This document shows, piece after piece, positions 54,178 through 64,000 of a stretch of DNA of 64,000 bases; positions within the stretch are counted from its first letter, which is position 1; each line of letters starts with the position of its first letter. Where the stretch lies: contig CBDEUS010000002.1 of the NCBI GenBank assembly GCA_965243395.1, forward strand, positions 378,022-442,021. Direction: 5' to 3'. The notes beneath the pieces are model-generated. The model did not search any database. It had not been told where the DNA came from and saw only the letters and a list, made by a program, of their open reading frames with translations. This DNA is from Gammaproteobacteria bacterium (lineage in GTDB: Bacteria > Pseudomonadota > Gammaproteobacteria > UBA4575). The translations under genes were made by a program, and so were the position numbers.

Positions 54178-54360
54178 AAATACTAAGGTTATAGTTATGA
54201 TCAAATCCCTATACTTTAAGCCAAATTTTTATGACGAGTGAGCAAAGTTTAGCGATCAAACTAGTGTTTGTCGCTCAACCTAAAATACAAATAATAGTAA
54301 AATTTCCAGTAATGAAGCATTAACCAGGTTGGTTTAATCAAAAATATACTCAAAGTTTAT

Positions 54361-54993
54361 ATGCGACAAACTAAGAAATTCATAGCTTTATTATTTTTCT
54401 CAATTCTAATGACGGCTGGTGTCGCAAATGCCGAGTTTTATCGCTGGGTAGATGATGAAGGCACAATTCATTACAGCGATAAGCTCCCTCCAAGTAAATC
54501 ACAACGCGCACAGGATGTGCTCAATGATCATGGACGAGTAGTAAAAAATATACCGGCCCCAAAAACCGTGGGTGAAATAGAAGCAGAGCAACGTCTTGCA
54601 AAACAAGAGGAAGAGAAGCGTAAAAAAGTTGAAGAGGCGGAACGTCGAGACCAAGTACTCATGGCAATGTACTTATCGGTTGAGGATATTGAATTAGTAC
54701 GCGATGAAAGAATTGAAACTGTAGATTCTGCAATTCGAATTACAAATTTACGTAAAGAAAAATTTAACAAAAAGCTAACTGATTTAGATGTCTCTGAACA
54801 GCGTTTCAAGGCAAATGGACAAGATGCACCACCATGGTTAATTAAAAGCCGAAAGCATTATCAAGAACAGCTTGCTAATGTTGAAGATATCCTAGCCATT
54901 AAAGAAAAAGAAAAACTAAAAATTAAAAAACGTTTTGCAGGCGATATAAATCGTTATATCGAGTTAAAAGATCCAGAGTTAGCTGCTCAGTAA
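54361..54993 (+). CDS. DUF4124-domain protein with coiled-coil C-terminus
   Basis: Signal peptide followed by [18 protein letters not shown], the DUF4124 hallmark. Confidence 0.7.
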   Translation: MRQTKKFIALLFFSILMTAGVANAEFYRWVDDEGTIHYSDKLPPSKSQRAQDVLNDHGRVVKNIPAPKTVGEIEAEQRLAKQEEEKRKKVEEAERRDQVLMAMYLSVEDIELVRDERIETVDSAIRITNLRKEKFNKKLTDLDVSEQRFKANGQDAPPWLIKSRKHYQEQLANVEDILAIKEKEKLKIKKRFAGDINRYIELKDPELAAQ

Positions 54994-55839
54994 AGTCCCT
55001 ACACCACGGTCTGTAAGTAATTCCAATAAGACGGCATGTTGTACACGTCCGTCAATAATATGCGCAGTGTTGACCCCAGAGGAAATTGCATCCCATGCAC
55101 ATCTTACTTTAGGTAACATTCCGCCCTTGATAATATTCCCAGCAATTAATTCTTGTATTTCTTCATAATTAAGCCCGGTTAAAAGCTCACCATTTTTTTG
55201 AACACCAGGAGTATTGGTAAGCAAGATTAATTTCTCTGCTTTGAGTTCCATGGCAATATTGCCCGCCACGATGTCAGCATTAATATTCAATGATTCGTTA
55301 TTTTCTCCCAAGCCAATGGGTGCGATAACAGGTATTAATTGGTGATAATGTAGCTGCGTTATTGCACTAGTATTGACATTTTTTATTTCACCCACATGAC
55401 CTAAATCTGCTGATGTGTTTTTAAGCTTCATACGCCTAGCTTGTATTAATCCATCTGCTTTACCTGTAATTCCTTTTGCTCTACCACCATGTTGACTAAT
55501 AAGTTCTACAATTTCCTTGTTTACAACTCCATATAAAACATCTTCAACAATGCGCATGGTCTCATCGTCAGTCACGCGCATGCCTTCGATAAACTCACTT
55601 GGTTTGCCATGATTTTCCAAGGTCTGGCCTATCTGTGGCCCACCACCATGTACAATGATAGGGAACATGCCTACTTGTTTGAGGAGCACCATGTCGCGTG
55701 CAAAACTACTTTTTAATTCTTCATCCACCATAGCGTTGCCGCCATATTTAATGACGATAGTTTTACCAGAGAATCTTTGTATATAAGGCAGGGCCTCTGT
55801 TAACACTCTTGCAATAGTTTCAGCGGTACTTTGCTGCAT
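54979..55839 (-). CDS. argB: acetylglutamate kinase
   Basis: [10 protein letters not shown] and VHGGGPQI motifs. Confidence 0.95.
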   Translation of the reverse strand: MQQSTAETIARVLTEALPYIQRFSGKTIVIKYGGNAMVDEELKSSFARDMVLLKQVGMFPIIVHGGGPQIGQTLENHGKPSEFIEGMRVTDDETMRIVEDVLYGVVNKEIVELISQHGGRAKGITGKADGLIQARRMKLKNTSADLGHVGEIKNVNTSAITQLHYHQLIPVIAPIGLGENNESLNINADIVAGNIAMELKAEKLILLTNTPGVQKNGELLTGLNYEEIQELIAGNIIKGGMLPKVRCAWDAISSGVNTAHIIDGRVQHAVLLELLTDRGVGTLLSS

Positions 55840-55866
55840 GAGGAATAACTGCGTAAGAAAAATTAA

Positions 55867-57237
55867 TTAAAATGGCAATTGAAGACTAGAGTCTATATTA
55901 GTCATTTGTGCACGAAAGTCATTTTTAATGTTTTCTATAATATTTTCATCATCGGCTTCAAAACGAATTACCAAAGAAGGTGTTGTATTAGAAGCGCGCA
56001 CCAGACCCCAACCATTTTTATAATCAGCACGAATTCCATCTATAGTGGTAATTTTTGCATCTGGTAAGTCGACAGAGTTTGCAAATTTTTTCATGAAACT
56101 GTGTTGAGCACCGTCTTTATCAAAATTTATATTGATTTCTGGTGTACTTAATGAATTCGGTAAAGTAGCAAATAACTCACTACTGGATAAATCTTGGTTA
56201 GAAATAATTTCTAAAAGACGTGCGGCACTATAAAGCGCATCATCAAAACCATACCACCTTTCTTTAAAGAAGATATGGCCACTCATTTCACCTGCCAATT
56301 CAGCGCCTGTTTCATGCATTTTGTTTTTAATAAAAGAATGTCCGGTTTTCCACATAATAGCCTCTCCACCGGCTTCCTCAATTACAGTGGCTAAGTTGCG
56401 CGATGATTTCACATCAAAAATAATTTTTGCCCCGGGCTTTCTCGATAACACATCGCGAGCGTAAAGCATCATTTGCCGGTCTGCCCACAATACTTCTCCT
56501 TTATTGTCAATGACTCCAACACGATCTCCATCACCGTCAAAGGCCAAGCCAAGATCTAAATTATTTTCCATAACGCAGCTTATTAAATCTTCTAAGTTTT
56601 TGGGGTCACTGGGATTAGGGTGATGGTTCGGAAAGCTTCCATCTACATCACAATATAGATCATAAATTTCACAACCCAAACTTTTAAATAAAGTCAAAGC
56701 AGACGGCCCTGCAACACCATTGCCGCAATCAATACCAATTCGCAGAGTTCGAGAAAGTTTAATGTCTTCACAAATTGTTGTGATGTAATCTTCTAATAGC
56801 TGATGTTTTTCAATTGAACCTGCATCATGTTTCAATTGCTTAGCAATAATGCATTGGTAAATTGCCTGGATATCGTCACCGTGCAGGGTTTTGTTATCCA
56901 TTACCATCTTAAGTCCGTTATATTCCGGCGGGTTATGGCTGCCAGTAACCATCACACCTGCGCCTGTATTGAGTTTATGCGTGGCATAGTACAAAACAGG
57001 TGTAGGTACTTCGCCAATATCAATTACTTTGCAACCGCTGGTTTGCAAGCCCTGGCTTAAATGCTGCGCTAATAGCGGGCTTGAATCTCGACCATCTCTA
57101 CCAACAACTACAGTTCTACTATTTGGATATAAACTGCCCAGGGCATGACCTACTAACTCGGCTACTTCTGGAGTTAGAGCAGTTTCTACTACGCCGCGAA
57201 TGTCGTAGGCACGGAATATATTTGCGTCTATGTTCAT
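55867..57237 (-). CDS. algC: phosphomannomutase/phosphoglucomutase
   Basis: Active-site TGSHNPPEYNG. Metal loop DGDGDR. Adjacent to argB, as algC is in Pseudomonas. Confidence 0.88.
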   Translation of the reverse strand: MNIDANIFRAYDIRGVVETALTPEVAELVGHALGSLYPNSRTVVVGRDGRDSSPLLAQHLSQGLQTSGCKVIDIGEVPTPVLYYATHKLNTGAGVMVTGSHNPPEYNGLKMVMDNKTLHGDDIQAIYQCIIAKQLKHDAGSIEKHQLLEDYITTICEDIKLSRTLRIGIDCGNGVAGPSALTLFKSLGCEIYDLYCDVDGSFPNHHPNPSDPKNLEDLISCVMENNLDLGLAFDGDGDRVGVIDNKGEVLWADRQMMLYARDVLSRKPGAKIIFDVKSSRNLATVIEEAGGEAIMWKTGHSFIKNKMHETGAELAGEMSGHIFFKERWYGFDDALYSAARLLEIISNQDLSSSELFATLPNSLSTPEININFDKDGAQHSFMKKFANSVDLPDAKITTIDGIRADYKNGWGLVRASNTTPSLVIRFEADDENIIENIKNDFRAQMTNIDSSLQLPF

Positions 57238-57281
57238 TGAAATTTATAGGAAAGTGGTTAATGGTTTTAGGATAACAATTA

Positions 57282-57755
57282 TCAACCAGTACCAGTGTGA
57301 CCAAAGCCTCCTTCACCTCGATCCGATGCAGTGAATTCTTCTACAATTTCAAATTCCGTTTGCACAATGGGTACGATTACAAGCTGTGCAATCCGGTCAC
57401 CAACATTGACTTCAAAATTTTCTGATCCGCGATTCCATAACGAAACCATTAACGGGCCTTGATAATCTGAATCAATCAATCCGACAAGATTACCCAGCAC
57501 GATACCGTGTTTATGCCCTAAACCCGAGCGCGGCAAAATGGTCGCTGCAAGTCCAGGGTCTTCAATATAAATAGAAATTCCAGTAGGGATTAAAAGCGTT
57601 TCACCAGGTTTAATTTGTACAGTTGTATCAATACAGGCACGCAGGTCCATACCTGCTGACCCCGCAGTTGCATATGTGGGTAAGGGAATTTCTTTGCCGA
57701 TACGGCTATCGAGTATTTTGATTTCGGTCTTTTGCGTTTTTAAGGATTGTGACAT
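57282..57755 (-). CDS. dut: dUTP diphosphatase
   Basis: Near-colinear with E. coli Dut ([37 protein letters not shown]). Start set at the Met giving an E. coli-like N-terminus. Confidence 0.93.
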   Translation of the reverse strand: MSQSLKTQKTEIKILDSRIGKEIPLPTYATAGSAGMDLRACIDTTVQIKPGETLLIPTGISIYIEDPGLAATILPRSGLGHKHGIVLGNLVGLIDSDYQGPLMVSLWNRGSENFEVNVGDRIAQLVIVPIVQTEFEIVEEFTASDRGEGGFGHTGTG

Positions 57756-58965
57756 TGCTTCTTTTATGTGTGTTTGCGTAACGTTGTGCAATTAAGCTGA
57801 TGAGCCTCCTTGCGATCTTTGTTTTTGTATCACGCTCTAATGAGCAATGTCCACCGGGCCAGTACACTTCTAACGCATTTTCTTCATTATCAAAGCCAAT
57901 TTCGTTTTCTGAAACATCGTTTCCTGCAATCATATTCAATCGCTTTCGTTCTAATTTTTGTAAAGCAAATTTTTCGAGCTCACGAGTTTCTGCAGCAAAG
58001 CCAACAACAAAAGGTTTATTTGATTGTTTTGCCACTTCGGTAATGATATCTGGGTTGCGTACTAGCGCTACTGATAAGTCATCATGTAATTTTTTAATTT
58101 TATCAGGTTGCTTCGCTACAGGCCGATAATCAGCTACAGCAGCGCAGCTGATAAAAATTTGTTGAGTTTTTATATTTGCTTGTACCGCATCAAACATATC
58201 TTGTGCTGTTTTAACCGATACGAATTCAATTCCTTCAGGTTGTGCTAGGACTACCGGACCGGAGATTAAATGCACAGTCGCTCCTGCATCATAAGCAGCT
58301 TCAGCGATGGCGTAACCCATACGCCCGGAGCTACGATTACTAATGTAACGCACGGGATCAATGGGTTCCTGAGTAGGGCCCGCAGTCACCATAACATTTA
58401 CATCTGTGAGTTCCCCAGTATTAAATAAATTACTTAATGAAAGTAACAACTGATGCGGTTCAAACATTCGACCTTCGCCATTATCACCACAAGCTTGCTG
58501 TCCTGTAGCGGGACCAAAAAATAAAAAGCCACGCTTTTCAAGTATGTCCACGTTATCCTGTGTAGCACTATTCGACCACATGGCTTGATTCATCGCTGGC
58601 GCCAGGGCGATAGGCGCTTGGGATGCCAAACAAGTTGTACTGAGCAAGTCATCAGCACCACCATGGGTGAGCTTAGCTATTGTGTTGGCACTGGCAGGGG
58701 CAATTAAAATTGCGTCTGCCCAGCGAGCCAATGCAATATGATCCATACCATTATTGGCTTCTGTTTGTTCAAATTCGTCCGATAGTACAGTGTTATCAGA
58801 TAATGCTTGGAAAGTTAGTGGAGTGACGAACTTTTTAGCCGAATGAGTCATCACAACACGTACTTTGGCATGTGCACGCACTAATTCGCGTACTAATTCC
58901 GCACTCTTATATGCAGCGATCCCGCCGCTAACTCCAAGTAAAATATTTTTATTTGCTAATGACAT
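57706..58965 (-). CDS. coaBC: bifunctional phosphopantothenoylcysteine decarboxylase / phosphopantothenate-cysteine ligase
   Basis: Flavoprotein N-domain ([13 protein letters not shown]) and CoaB domain ([10 protein letters not shown]). Synteny with dut. Confidence 0.93.
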   Translation of the reverse strand: MSLANKNILLGVSGGIAAYKSAELVRELVRAHAKVRVVMTHSAKKFVTPLTFQALSDNTVLSDEFEQTEANNGMDHIALARWADAILIAPASANTIAKLTHGGADDLLSTTCLASQAPIALAPAMNQAMWSNSATQDNVDILEKRGFLFFGPATGQQACGDNGEGRMFEPHQLLLSLSNLFNTGELTDVNVMVTAGPTQEPIDPVRYISNRSSGRMGYAIAEAAYDAGATVHLISGPVVLAQPEGIEFVSVKTAQDMFDAVQANIKTQQIFISCAAVADYRPVAKQPDKIKKLHDDLSVALVRNPDIITEVAKQSNKPFVVGFAAETRELEKFALQKLERKRLNMIAGNDVSENEIGFDNEENALEVYWPGGHCSLERDTKTKIARRLISLIAQRYANTHKRSNVTILKNAKDRNQNTR

Positions 58966-59101
58966 AGTAATTAGTCTATCAAAGATAGCTAAGATAATGG
59001 TTTAATTCTAACTACATTCTACCAAGCGCTTAGGCCCATTGGTCTAAATCTTTTAATAAATATCAAGGACTTATAAAAAGCCAATTACAGGGGGGACTAA
59101 A

Positions 59102-59773
59102 ATGGCAATTTCTGATTGGCCTGAGGGGGAAAGGCCACGCGAACGTTTATTACGACACGGCGCAAAAGCACTTTCGGATGCGGAACTGTTAGCGATTTTT
59201 TTGCGCACAGGCGTTAGAGGAAAATCAGCGGTCGATTTAGCCCGTGATCTTCTAAATGAATTTAAGGGCTTAAGGAGATTACTGTGCGCAGATCAAAAAA
59301 GATTCTGTGACGCTAAGGGTTTAGGTCAGGCGAAATTTGTGCAATTACAAGCAAGCCTTGAAATATCACGCAGGTTTTTACTCGAATCCATCGAAAAAGA
59401 AGGTCCTTTGTCTAACCCTAATGATGCTAAACAGTTTTTATTAATGAAAATGCGTGATTATGAAAAAGAAGTGTTCGCTTGTTTATTTTTAGATACAAAA
59501 AATCGTGTAATTGCATTTGAAAATTTATTTGTAGGAAGTCTACACAGCGCAGAAGTGCATCCAAGAGAGGTAGTTAAGCAAGCTGTTCAACATAATGCAC
59601 ATGCAATTATTCTTGCTCATAATCATCCATCGGGAGACGCAACACCAAGCCAATCAGATATTGATATCACACATACACTTTGTGACGCTCTTGCATTGAT
59701 AGAAATAAAAGTGCTGGATCATTTAATTATAGGCAACGAAGTAACGTCCCTTGCGGAACTTGGCTATCTCTGA
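59102..59773 (+). CDS. radC: RadC-family JAB-domain protein
   Basis: HhH region LSDAELLAIFLRTG and JAMM motif ILAHNHPSGD. Confidence 0.9.
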   Translation: MAISDWPEGERPRERLLRHGAKALSDAELLAIFLRTGVRGKSAVDLARDLLNEFKGLRRLLCADQKRFCDAKGLGQAKFVQLQASLEISRRFLLESIEKEGPLSNPNDAKQFLLMKMRDYEKEVFACLFLDTKNRVIAFENLFVGSLHSAEVHPREVVKQAVQHNAHAIILAHNHPSGDATPSQSDIDITHTLCDALALIEIKVLDHLIIGNEVTSLAELGYL

Positions 59774-59785
59774 ATAATTAAGGTA

Positions 59786-59820
59786 TAAAAAAACCCGCAC
59801 AAACACTGTGCGGGTTTTTA
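59786..59820. terminator. bidirectional rho-independent terminator between radC and mscL
   Basis: A-run, then CCCGCACA-AACAC-TGTGCGGG, then T-run. Read directly from the sequence. Confidence 0.8.
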
Positions 59821-59838
59821 TAAAGACTTAAATAAAAT

Positions 59839-60219
59839 TTATTTTTTTAGACTATCGCGTATTTCACGTAGCAAAACCACATCTTCAGGTGGAGCAGCGG
59901 GTTTTTCTTCTTCTTTTTTCTTCATGCTATTCATTGCTTTGATGATTAAGAAAATTACAAAAGAAATAATTAAGAAATTAATCAATGCCTGAATAAAAGC
60001 ACCATAACCAAAAATTGCAGCTGCTTCTCCTTCGCCAAGAGGAATGCCCAGGCCAGAGAAATCTACACCGCCTGTAAATAAACCGATTATTGGCATAAGT
60101 ATGTCGTCAACGAGAGAACCAACCACTGCAGAAATCGCGGCACCAATGATGATACCGGTAGCCATATCCATCATGTTGCCCTTCATGACGAATTCTTTAA
60201 ATTCACTTACCATTCCCAT
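59839..60219 (-). CDS. mscL: large-conductance mechanosensitive channel
   Basis: [28 protein letters not shown] aligns with the E. coli MscL N-terminus. RBS GGGAGG lies 6 nt upstream of the ATG at 60219. The track's longer N-terminus is rejected. Confidence 0.93.
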   Translation of the reverse strand: MGMVSEFKEFVMKGNMMDMATGIIIGAAISAVVGSLVDDILMPIIGLFTGGVDFSGLGIPLGEGEAAAIFGYGAFIQALINFLIISFVIFLIIKAMNSMKKKEEEKPAAPPEDVVLLREIRDSLKK

Positions 60220-60321
60220 GAGTTTCCTCCCAATATTATTATCATTATTTGAGCGGTAAGAACTGTAATCATCAATACTTGAAAAAGCAAGCAAAGTCCT
60301 AAGTACACTATCTTCTTGATT

Positions 60322-61476
60322 TTATTGAGATAACTTTGATAATGCCTGCTCTAAGGCAAGAGTTAATTGATCAATATGTTCCTTAGTATGTAATGTACAA
60401 AGACTGACTCGTAGGCGAGCGGTGTCTTGTGGAACGGTGGGAGGGCGAATAGCGGGCACCAAAATTCCCGACTTTAAAAGTTCGTCACTTACTTTTAGTG
60501 TGTCTTCACTGTTACCAATAATAATGGGTTGAATAGGTGTGTTGGAACTAGAATGAGTAATATTTTTTTGCGTACAAGATTCACGAAAATATTCAATTAA
60601 CTCTTGTAAGTTTTCTCTGCGCCAACTTTCAGTTTTGATTAATTGCAAACTGGCCCGAGTAGCTTCTGCTATGGCGGGCGGTAGCGCAGTAGTATAGATA
60701 TAGCTATGTGCCTGCTGTATTAGCCATTCAATAATTTCTTGTTTAGCTGCGACGAAGGCACCAAATGTTCCAAATGCTTTACCTAGTGTACCAACCAGAA
60801 TGGTGTCGTTAAGAAGTATATCTTCAGCGCTCCCTTTGCCGTATTTTCCTAGTACCCCAATACCATGCGCATCATCGATTATCAGGGTTGCGTGATACTT
60901 CTTTGCGATTGACTGTAGTTCACTTATGGGTGCAACAGTCCCATCCATACTAAATACACCGTCAGTTAAAAGTAATTTACTATCAACATCATTATTTACG
61001 ATTATCTCTTCAAGCTGATGTGTATTTAAGTGTTCATAGCGGTTTAGTTTTGCACGTGACTGGATAGCCGCGTCATTTAGTGAGGCATGATTTAGTTTAT
61101 CTGCGAAGATAGCACTGTTACGCGATCCGAGTGTGCTAACCACCCCTAAGTTCGCCATATACCCAGTAGAAAACAATAATACTTTTTCACAACTGAGAAA
61201 TCCTGCTAACTCTTCTTCCAACTTTGTATGACATGCATGATGACCAGTTATTAAATGTGAGGCCCCCGCGCCCACGCCGTATTTCGTGGTTGCCTGAATG
61301 ATACTTTCTACAAGCTTTGGGTGATTTGCTAAACCCAGATAGTCGTTACTGCAAAAAGATAAAACTTTTTGTCCATTAATAACGGGCTCAATTTGTTGAG
61401 CAGACGAAATCACTCTTCGTGAGCGAAATAGATTTTTTTCGACCAGCTTATCTAGCTCAGTTGCTAGATTTTTCAT
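60322..61476 (-). CDS. bioF: 8-amino-7-oxononanoate synthase
   Basis: SNDYLGL, DDAHGIG and PLP-Lys context GTLGKAFG. Adjacent to bioB. Confidence 0.9.
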   Translation of the reverse strand: MKNLATELDKLVEKNLFRSRRVISSAQQIEPVINGQKVLSFCSNDYLGLANHPKLVESIIQATTKYGVGAGASHLITGHHACHTKLEEELAGFLSCEKVLLFSTGYMANLGVVSTLGSRNSAIFADKLNHASLNDAAIQSRAKLNRYEHLNTHQLEEIIVNNDVDSKLLLTDGVFSMDGTVAPISELQSIAKKYHATLIIDDAHGIGVLGKYGKGSAEDILLNDTILVGTLGKAFGTFGAFVAAKQEIIEWLIQQAHSYIYTTALPPAIAEATRASLQLIKTESWRRENLQELIEYFRESCTQKNITHSSSNTPIQPIIIGNSEDTLKVSDELLKSGILVPAIRPPTVPQDTARLRVSLCTLHTKEHIDQLTLALEQALSKLSQ

Positions 61477-61482
61477 CTTAAT

Positions 61483-62472
61483 TTAATTTATGGTTGCGGT
61501 TTCTTGAGTCGGAGAATTTATTTGGTCAGCTTCAATACCAAGTTTGTTAAATAAATCCTGATCTTTTATCGTGGCAGGATTTTTCGCGGTCAACAAAGTT
61601 TCACCATAAAATATAGAGTTTGCCCCGGCAAAAAAACATAATGCTTGTGTCTGTTCATTCATATCTTCACGCCCTGCTGATAAGCGTACATAGGTATTCG
61701 GCATGAGAATGCGCGCAATAGCAATGGTGCGGATAAATTCAAATGGGTCAAGTTTTTCAAGTCCATGCAATGGCGTACCTTTAATTTGTATTAGCATGTT
61801 GATGGGAACAGATTCAGGGTGCTTTGGTAAGTTAGCCAGCTGTAGCAATAGTCCCGCACGGTCTTCTCTAGTTTCCCCCATACCCAAGATACCCCCACTG
61901 CAGACGTTAATTCCTGCATTACGTACATGTTCTAAAGTATCGAGTCGATCTTGATATGTACGTGTAGTAATTACATTGCCATAAAATTCAGGAGAGGTAT
62001 CCAAGTTATGGTTGTAATAATCTAAACCCGCTTGTTTCAAGTGCTGTGCTTGCGTTGCGGTTAACATGCCAATAGTTACACAAGTTTCCAGCTTTAACTG
62101 CTTCACGAGTTTAATCATTTGTACTATTTGCTCTAAATTTTTATCGGAAGGATTTCGCCACGCAGCACCCATACAAAATCTTGAAGCACCATTTTGTTTT
62201 GCAGCTTCGGCGTGTTCCCTGACTTCCTCTAATGCCAGCAGTCGTTCTTTTTCGACGTTAGTGTCATAGTGACCACTTTGTGGACAGTAAGCACAATCTT
62301 CCGAGCACGAACCAGTTTTTACGGAGAGCAAAGTACTGACTTGTACTTTATTTGGGTCATGATGTTCACGAAATATGCGATGTGCTAAATATAGCAAATC
62401 ATTAAATGGAAGCTGGTATAAGTCCAGGACCTCATGTTTTTTCCAGTTATTGCGGACGATGTCGGTAGGCAT
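61483..62472 (-). CDS. bioB: biotin synthase
   Basis: Radical-SAM CxxxCxxC ([10 protein letters not shown]). Start set at [10 protein letters not shown]. The upstream 45 codons in the track look like a non-coding read-through. Confidence 0.93.
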   Translation of the reverse strand: MPTDIVRNNWKKHEVLDLYQLPFNDLLYLAHRIFREHHDPNKVQVSTLLSVKTGSCSEDCAYCPQSGHYDTNVEKERLLALEEVREHAEAAKQNGASRFCMGAAWRNPSDKNLEQIVQMIKLVKQLKLETCVTIGMLTATQAQHLKQAGLDYYNHNLDTSPEFYGNVITTRTYQDRLDTLEHVRNAGINVCSGGILGMGETREDRAGLLLQLANLPKHPESVPINMLIQIKGTPLHGLEKLDPFEFIRTIAIARILMPNTYVRLSAGREDMNEQTQALCFFAGANSIFYGETLLTAKNPATIKDQDLFNKLGIEADQINSPTQETATIN

Positions 62473-62551
62473 ATATAAATTGAATATAATAAAATAGTAT
62501 TTAAAGAGCCAAACCAAGTCTAATCTTTTGCAGTGGGGTGTCAACAAGAGC

Positions 62552-63280
62552 ATGACTTCTAAATTGACGTTTTTCCAGCTTATCCTGAAAAAAACAGCAC
62601 AAATCATTTATCCAAATGTTTGTCTTCAGTGTGGTGCAGAGGGCGAAAATAGGATTGATCTTTGCCAACGTTGTTACCAAAGCTTGCCATGGATTAAATT
62701 TTATTGTCAAAAATGTGCGTTACCATTAACTAGTAGTGATGCAAAGATTTGTGGTGCATGTAATAAGAAAAATTATTATTTTGACCAAACTGTAGCTCCT
62801 TTTCAGTTTGAAGGTTTTATTCGTGATGCTGTATATCAATTTAAATTTAAGCAAAAATTAAACCAAGGTAAACTCTTGGCGCGATTATTTATACGTTCTA
62901 TTGAAAATAGAGAATACACTGTTCCAGATATTATTATTCCTGTTCCACTACATAAAAAGCGCTTGCGAAAACGCGGTTATAACCAGGCTTTGGAGATTGC
63001 AAGAATTATAAGTAAAAAACTGAATTGCGATCTTTCTTATAAAGACATATACCGTAATCGAGATACAGGCGTGCAAATGGAACTGCCCGCTAAACAGCGC
63101 TATAAAAATGTAAAGAACGCTTTTTCTTTAACGAAAAGTTCAATAGATTTCAAAAATAAACATGTGTGCATAATTGATGATGTAATGACTACAGGAAACA
63201 CTGTAAACGAGGCGGCTAAATGTTTAAAAAAAGCTGGAGCAAAGAAAGTTGATGTGTGGTGTATAGCGCGTGTTGCTTAA
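62552..63280 (+). CDS. comF: ComF/GntX-family phosphoribosyltransferase-like protein
   Basis: N-terminal Cys4 zinc-ribbon pattern (CLQCG...CQRC; CQKC...CGAC) and PRTase motif [13 protein letters not shown]. Confidence 0.8.
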   Translation: MTSKLTFFQLILKKTAQIIYPNVCLQCGAEGENRIDLCQRCYQSLPWIKFYCQKCALPLTSSDAKICGACNKKNYYFDQTVAPFQFEGFIRDAVYQFKFKQKLNQGKLLARLFIRSIENREYTVPDIIIPVPLHKKRLRKRGYNQALEIARIISKKLNCDLSYKDIYRNRDTGVQMELPAKQRYKNVKNAFSLTKSSIDFKNKHVCIIDDVMTTGNTVNEAAKCLKKAGAKKVDVWCIARVA

Positions 63281-63303
63281 TGTCTGCCATCAACTAATAG
63301 TGG

Positions 63304-64000
63304 CTATGATGAAAATAGATAATGTACAAAGATTCCTAAAAACACCATCATCCCAAAATAATTATTATTTAAAAATGCATAGAAACAACGGTCGGGCAAG
63401 CGATGTTTGATGAGCATCTGTTGGTAAACAAAAAATAAACTGGCTAGCGCAATGCCAGCATAGTATATCCAGCCCAATTCAGCATTAATCCCCACTAACA
63501 CCAAACAAAGAATAACGAGTAATTGCAATATGCCTATCACGACTTTGTCCATAGGGCCAAATAATATTGCGGTAGATTTAACACCAATTTTTATATCGTC
63601 TTCTCGGTCCACCATCGCATATAAAGTGTCGTAGGCAGTAGTCCAAATTACTGCTGTGGTAAACAACAACCATGCCATGGGCGGTGGATAATCATTGTTT
63701 ATAGCAGTGAATGCCATAGGAATGGAAAACGCAAACGCAATTCCTAGGTGTACTTGTGGTAAAAAATGAAAGCGTTTCATAAATGGGTAGCTTGCAGCAA
63801 AAAGAGCTGCGCCTATAGCAAAGAACACTGTTAACTCATTTAAAAAAATTAACACAAGAAGTAAAGCAACGAATGCGAGGACTGCGCATACATATAATGC
63901 TTCTTTAGGTTCAATCAGACCGGCAGCAAGTGGACGGTCTCTTGTACGACCCACAAAACGATCTATATTTCGGTCAGCATAATCATTAATCGCACAGCCC
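63304..64000 (-). CDS. ubiA: 4-hydroxybenzoate polyprenyltransferase; 5' end lies outside the window
   Basis: The reading frame stays open to nt 64000 (..GCAINDYADRNIDRFVGRTRDRPLAAG). It shows the UbiA NDxxDxxxD motif and a second Asp-rich motif, YAMVDREDD. Confidence 0.9.
   Translation of the reverse strand, partial: GCAINDYADRNIDRFVGRTRDRPLAAGLIEPKEALYVCAVLAFVALLLVLIFLNELTVFFAIGAALFAASYPFMKRFHFLPQVHLGIAFAFSIPMAFTAINNDYPPPMAWLLFTTAVIWTTAYDTLYAMVDREDDIKIGVKSTAILFGPMDKVVIGILQLLVILCLVLVGINAELGWIYYAGIALASLFFVYQQMLIKHRLPDRCFYAFLNNNYFGMMVFLGIFVHYLFSS

Noticed and set aside
54230-54290. Hairpin AGCGATCAAAC-TAGT-GTTTGTCGCT downstream of pyrE, preceded by GAGTGAGC. It looked like a possible third copy of the 47-nt repeat.
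   Set aside because: Only about 8-10 nt resemble the repeat, and the hairpin sequences differ. This is probably an unrelated weak terminator-like structure without a T-run.
62473-62551. A possible BirA/bio operator in the divergent bioB-comF spacer.
   Set aside because: I found no convincing palindrome resembling the E. coli bioO operator.
61483-62607. Long N-terminal extensions given by the ORF track for bioB. Similar extensions occur for mnmG to 35297, mscL to 60294, dut to 57791, ybaN-like from 16629, the Ldt from 49838 and the 9111 gene to 9575.
   Set aside because: The extensions lack homology to the known N-termini. Some overlap neighbouring genes. Internal ATGs give canonical N-termini or signal peptides, some with better RBSs.

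Overview
This is a chromosomal window from an AT-rich gammaproteobacterium (GC judged by eye, not computed). It covers the replication-origin neighbourhood, with gene order resembling Pseudomonas. On the minus strand: rpmH-rnpA-yidD-yidC-mnmE-mnmG-rsmG-parA-parB-atpIBEFHAGDC-glmU-glmS. On the plus strand: dnaA-dnaN-recF-gyrB. Further right is a second conserved block: xthA, ampG, an ExoIII paralog, pyrE, argB, algC, dut, coaBC, radC, mscL, bioF, bioB, comF, ubiA. An oxidative-stress cluster sits at 13.7-20.4 kb (katG, oxyR, secreted peroxiredoxin-like protein, GFA, cytochrome b561). The left 13 kb looks accessory. The most interesting part is a tight six-gene operon at 1-5874. It encodes a PEGA/FGE-sulfatase protein, a small secreted protein and a MotA/ExbB/TolQ-type proton-channel subunit. 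It also encodes a degenerate Hsp70/actin-fold protein and two paralogs that each join an ExbD/TolR-like Asp-containing membrane anchor to a coiled coil and a vWA (MIDAS) domain. I cannot match this architecture to any characterised Ton, Tol, Mot, Zorya, Agl or Gld system, so I propose it as a candidate new proton-motive-force-driven envelope machine. Other observations: a metzincin protease with a GlyGly-CTERM sorting tail; a 47-nt element present twice, each time at a gene 3' end; a candidate OxyS-like sRNA divergent from oxyR; a structured GC-richer island in a 670-bp ORF-free gap; a DUF805 protein ending in a type IV pilin-like helix; a LemA/GIDE pair with a canonical EF-hand loop; and a catalytically intact ExoIII paralog in the position occupied by crc in Pseudomonas. 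I found no rRNA, tRNA, CRISPR array, transposase or integrase. All family assignments come from motif reading by eye, not from searches.
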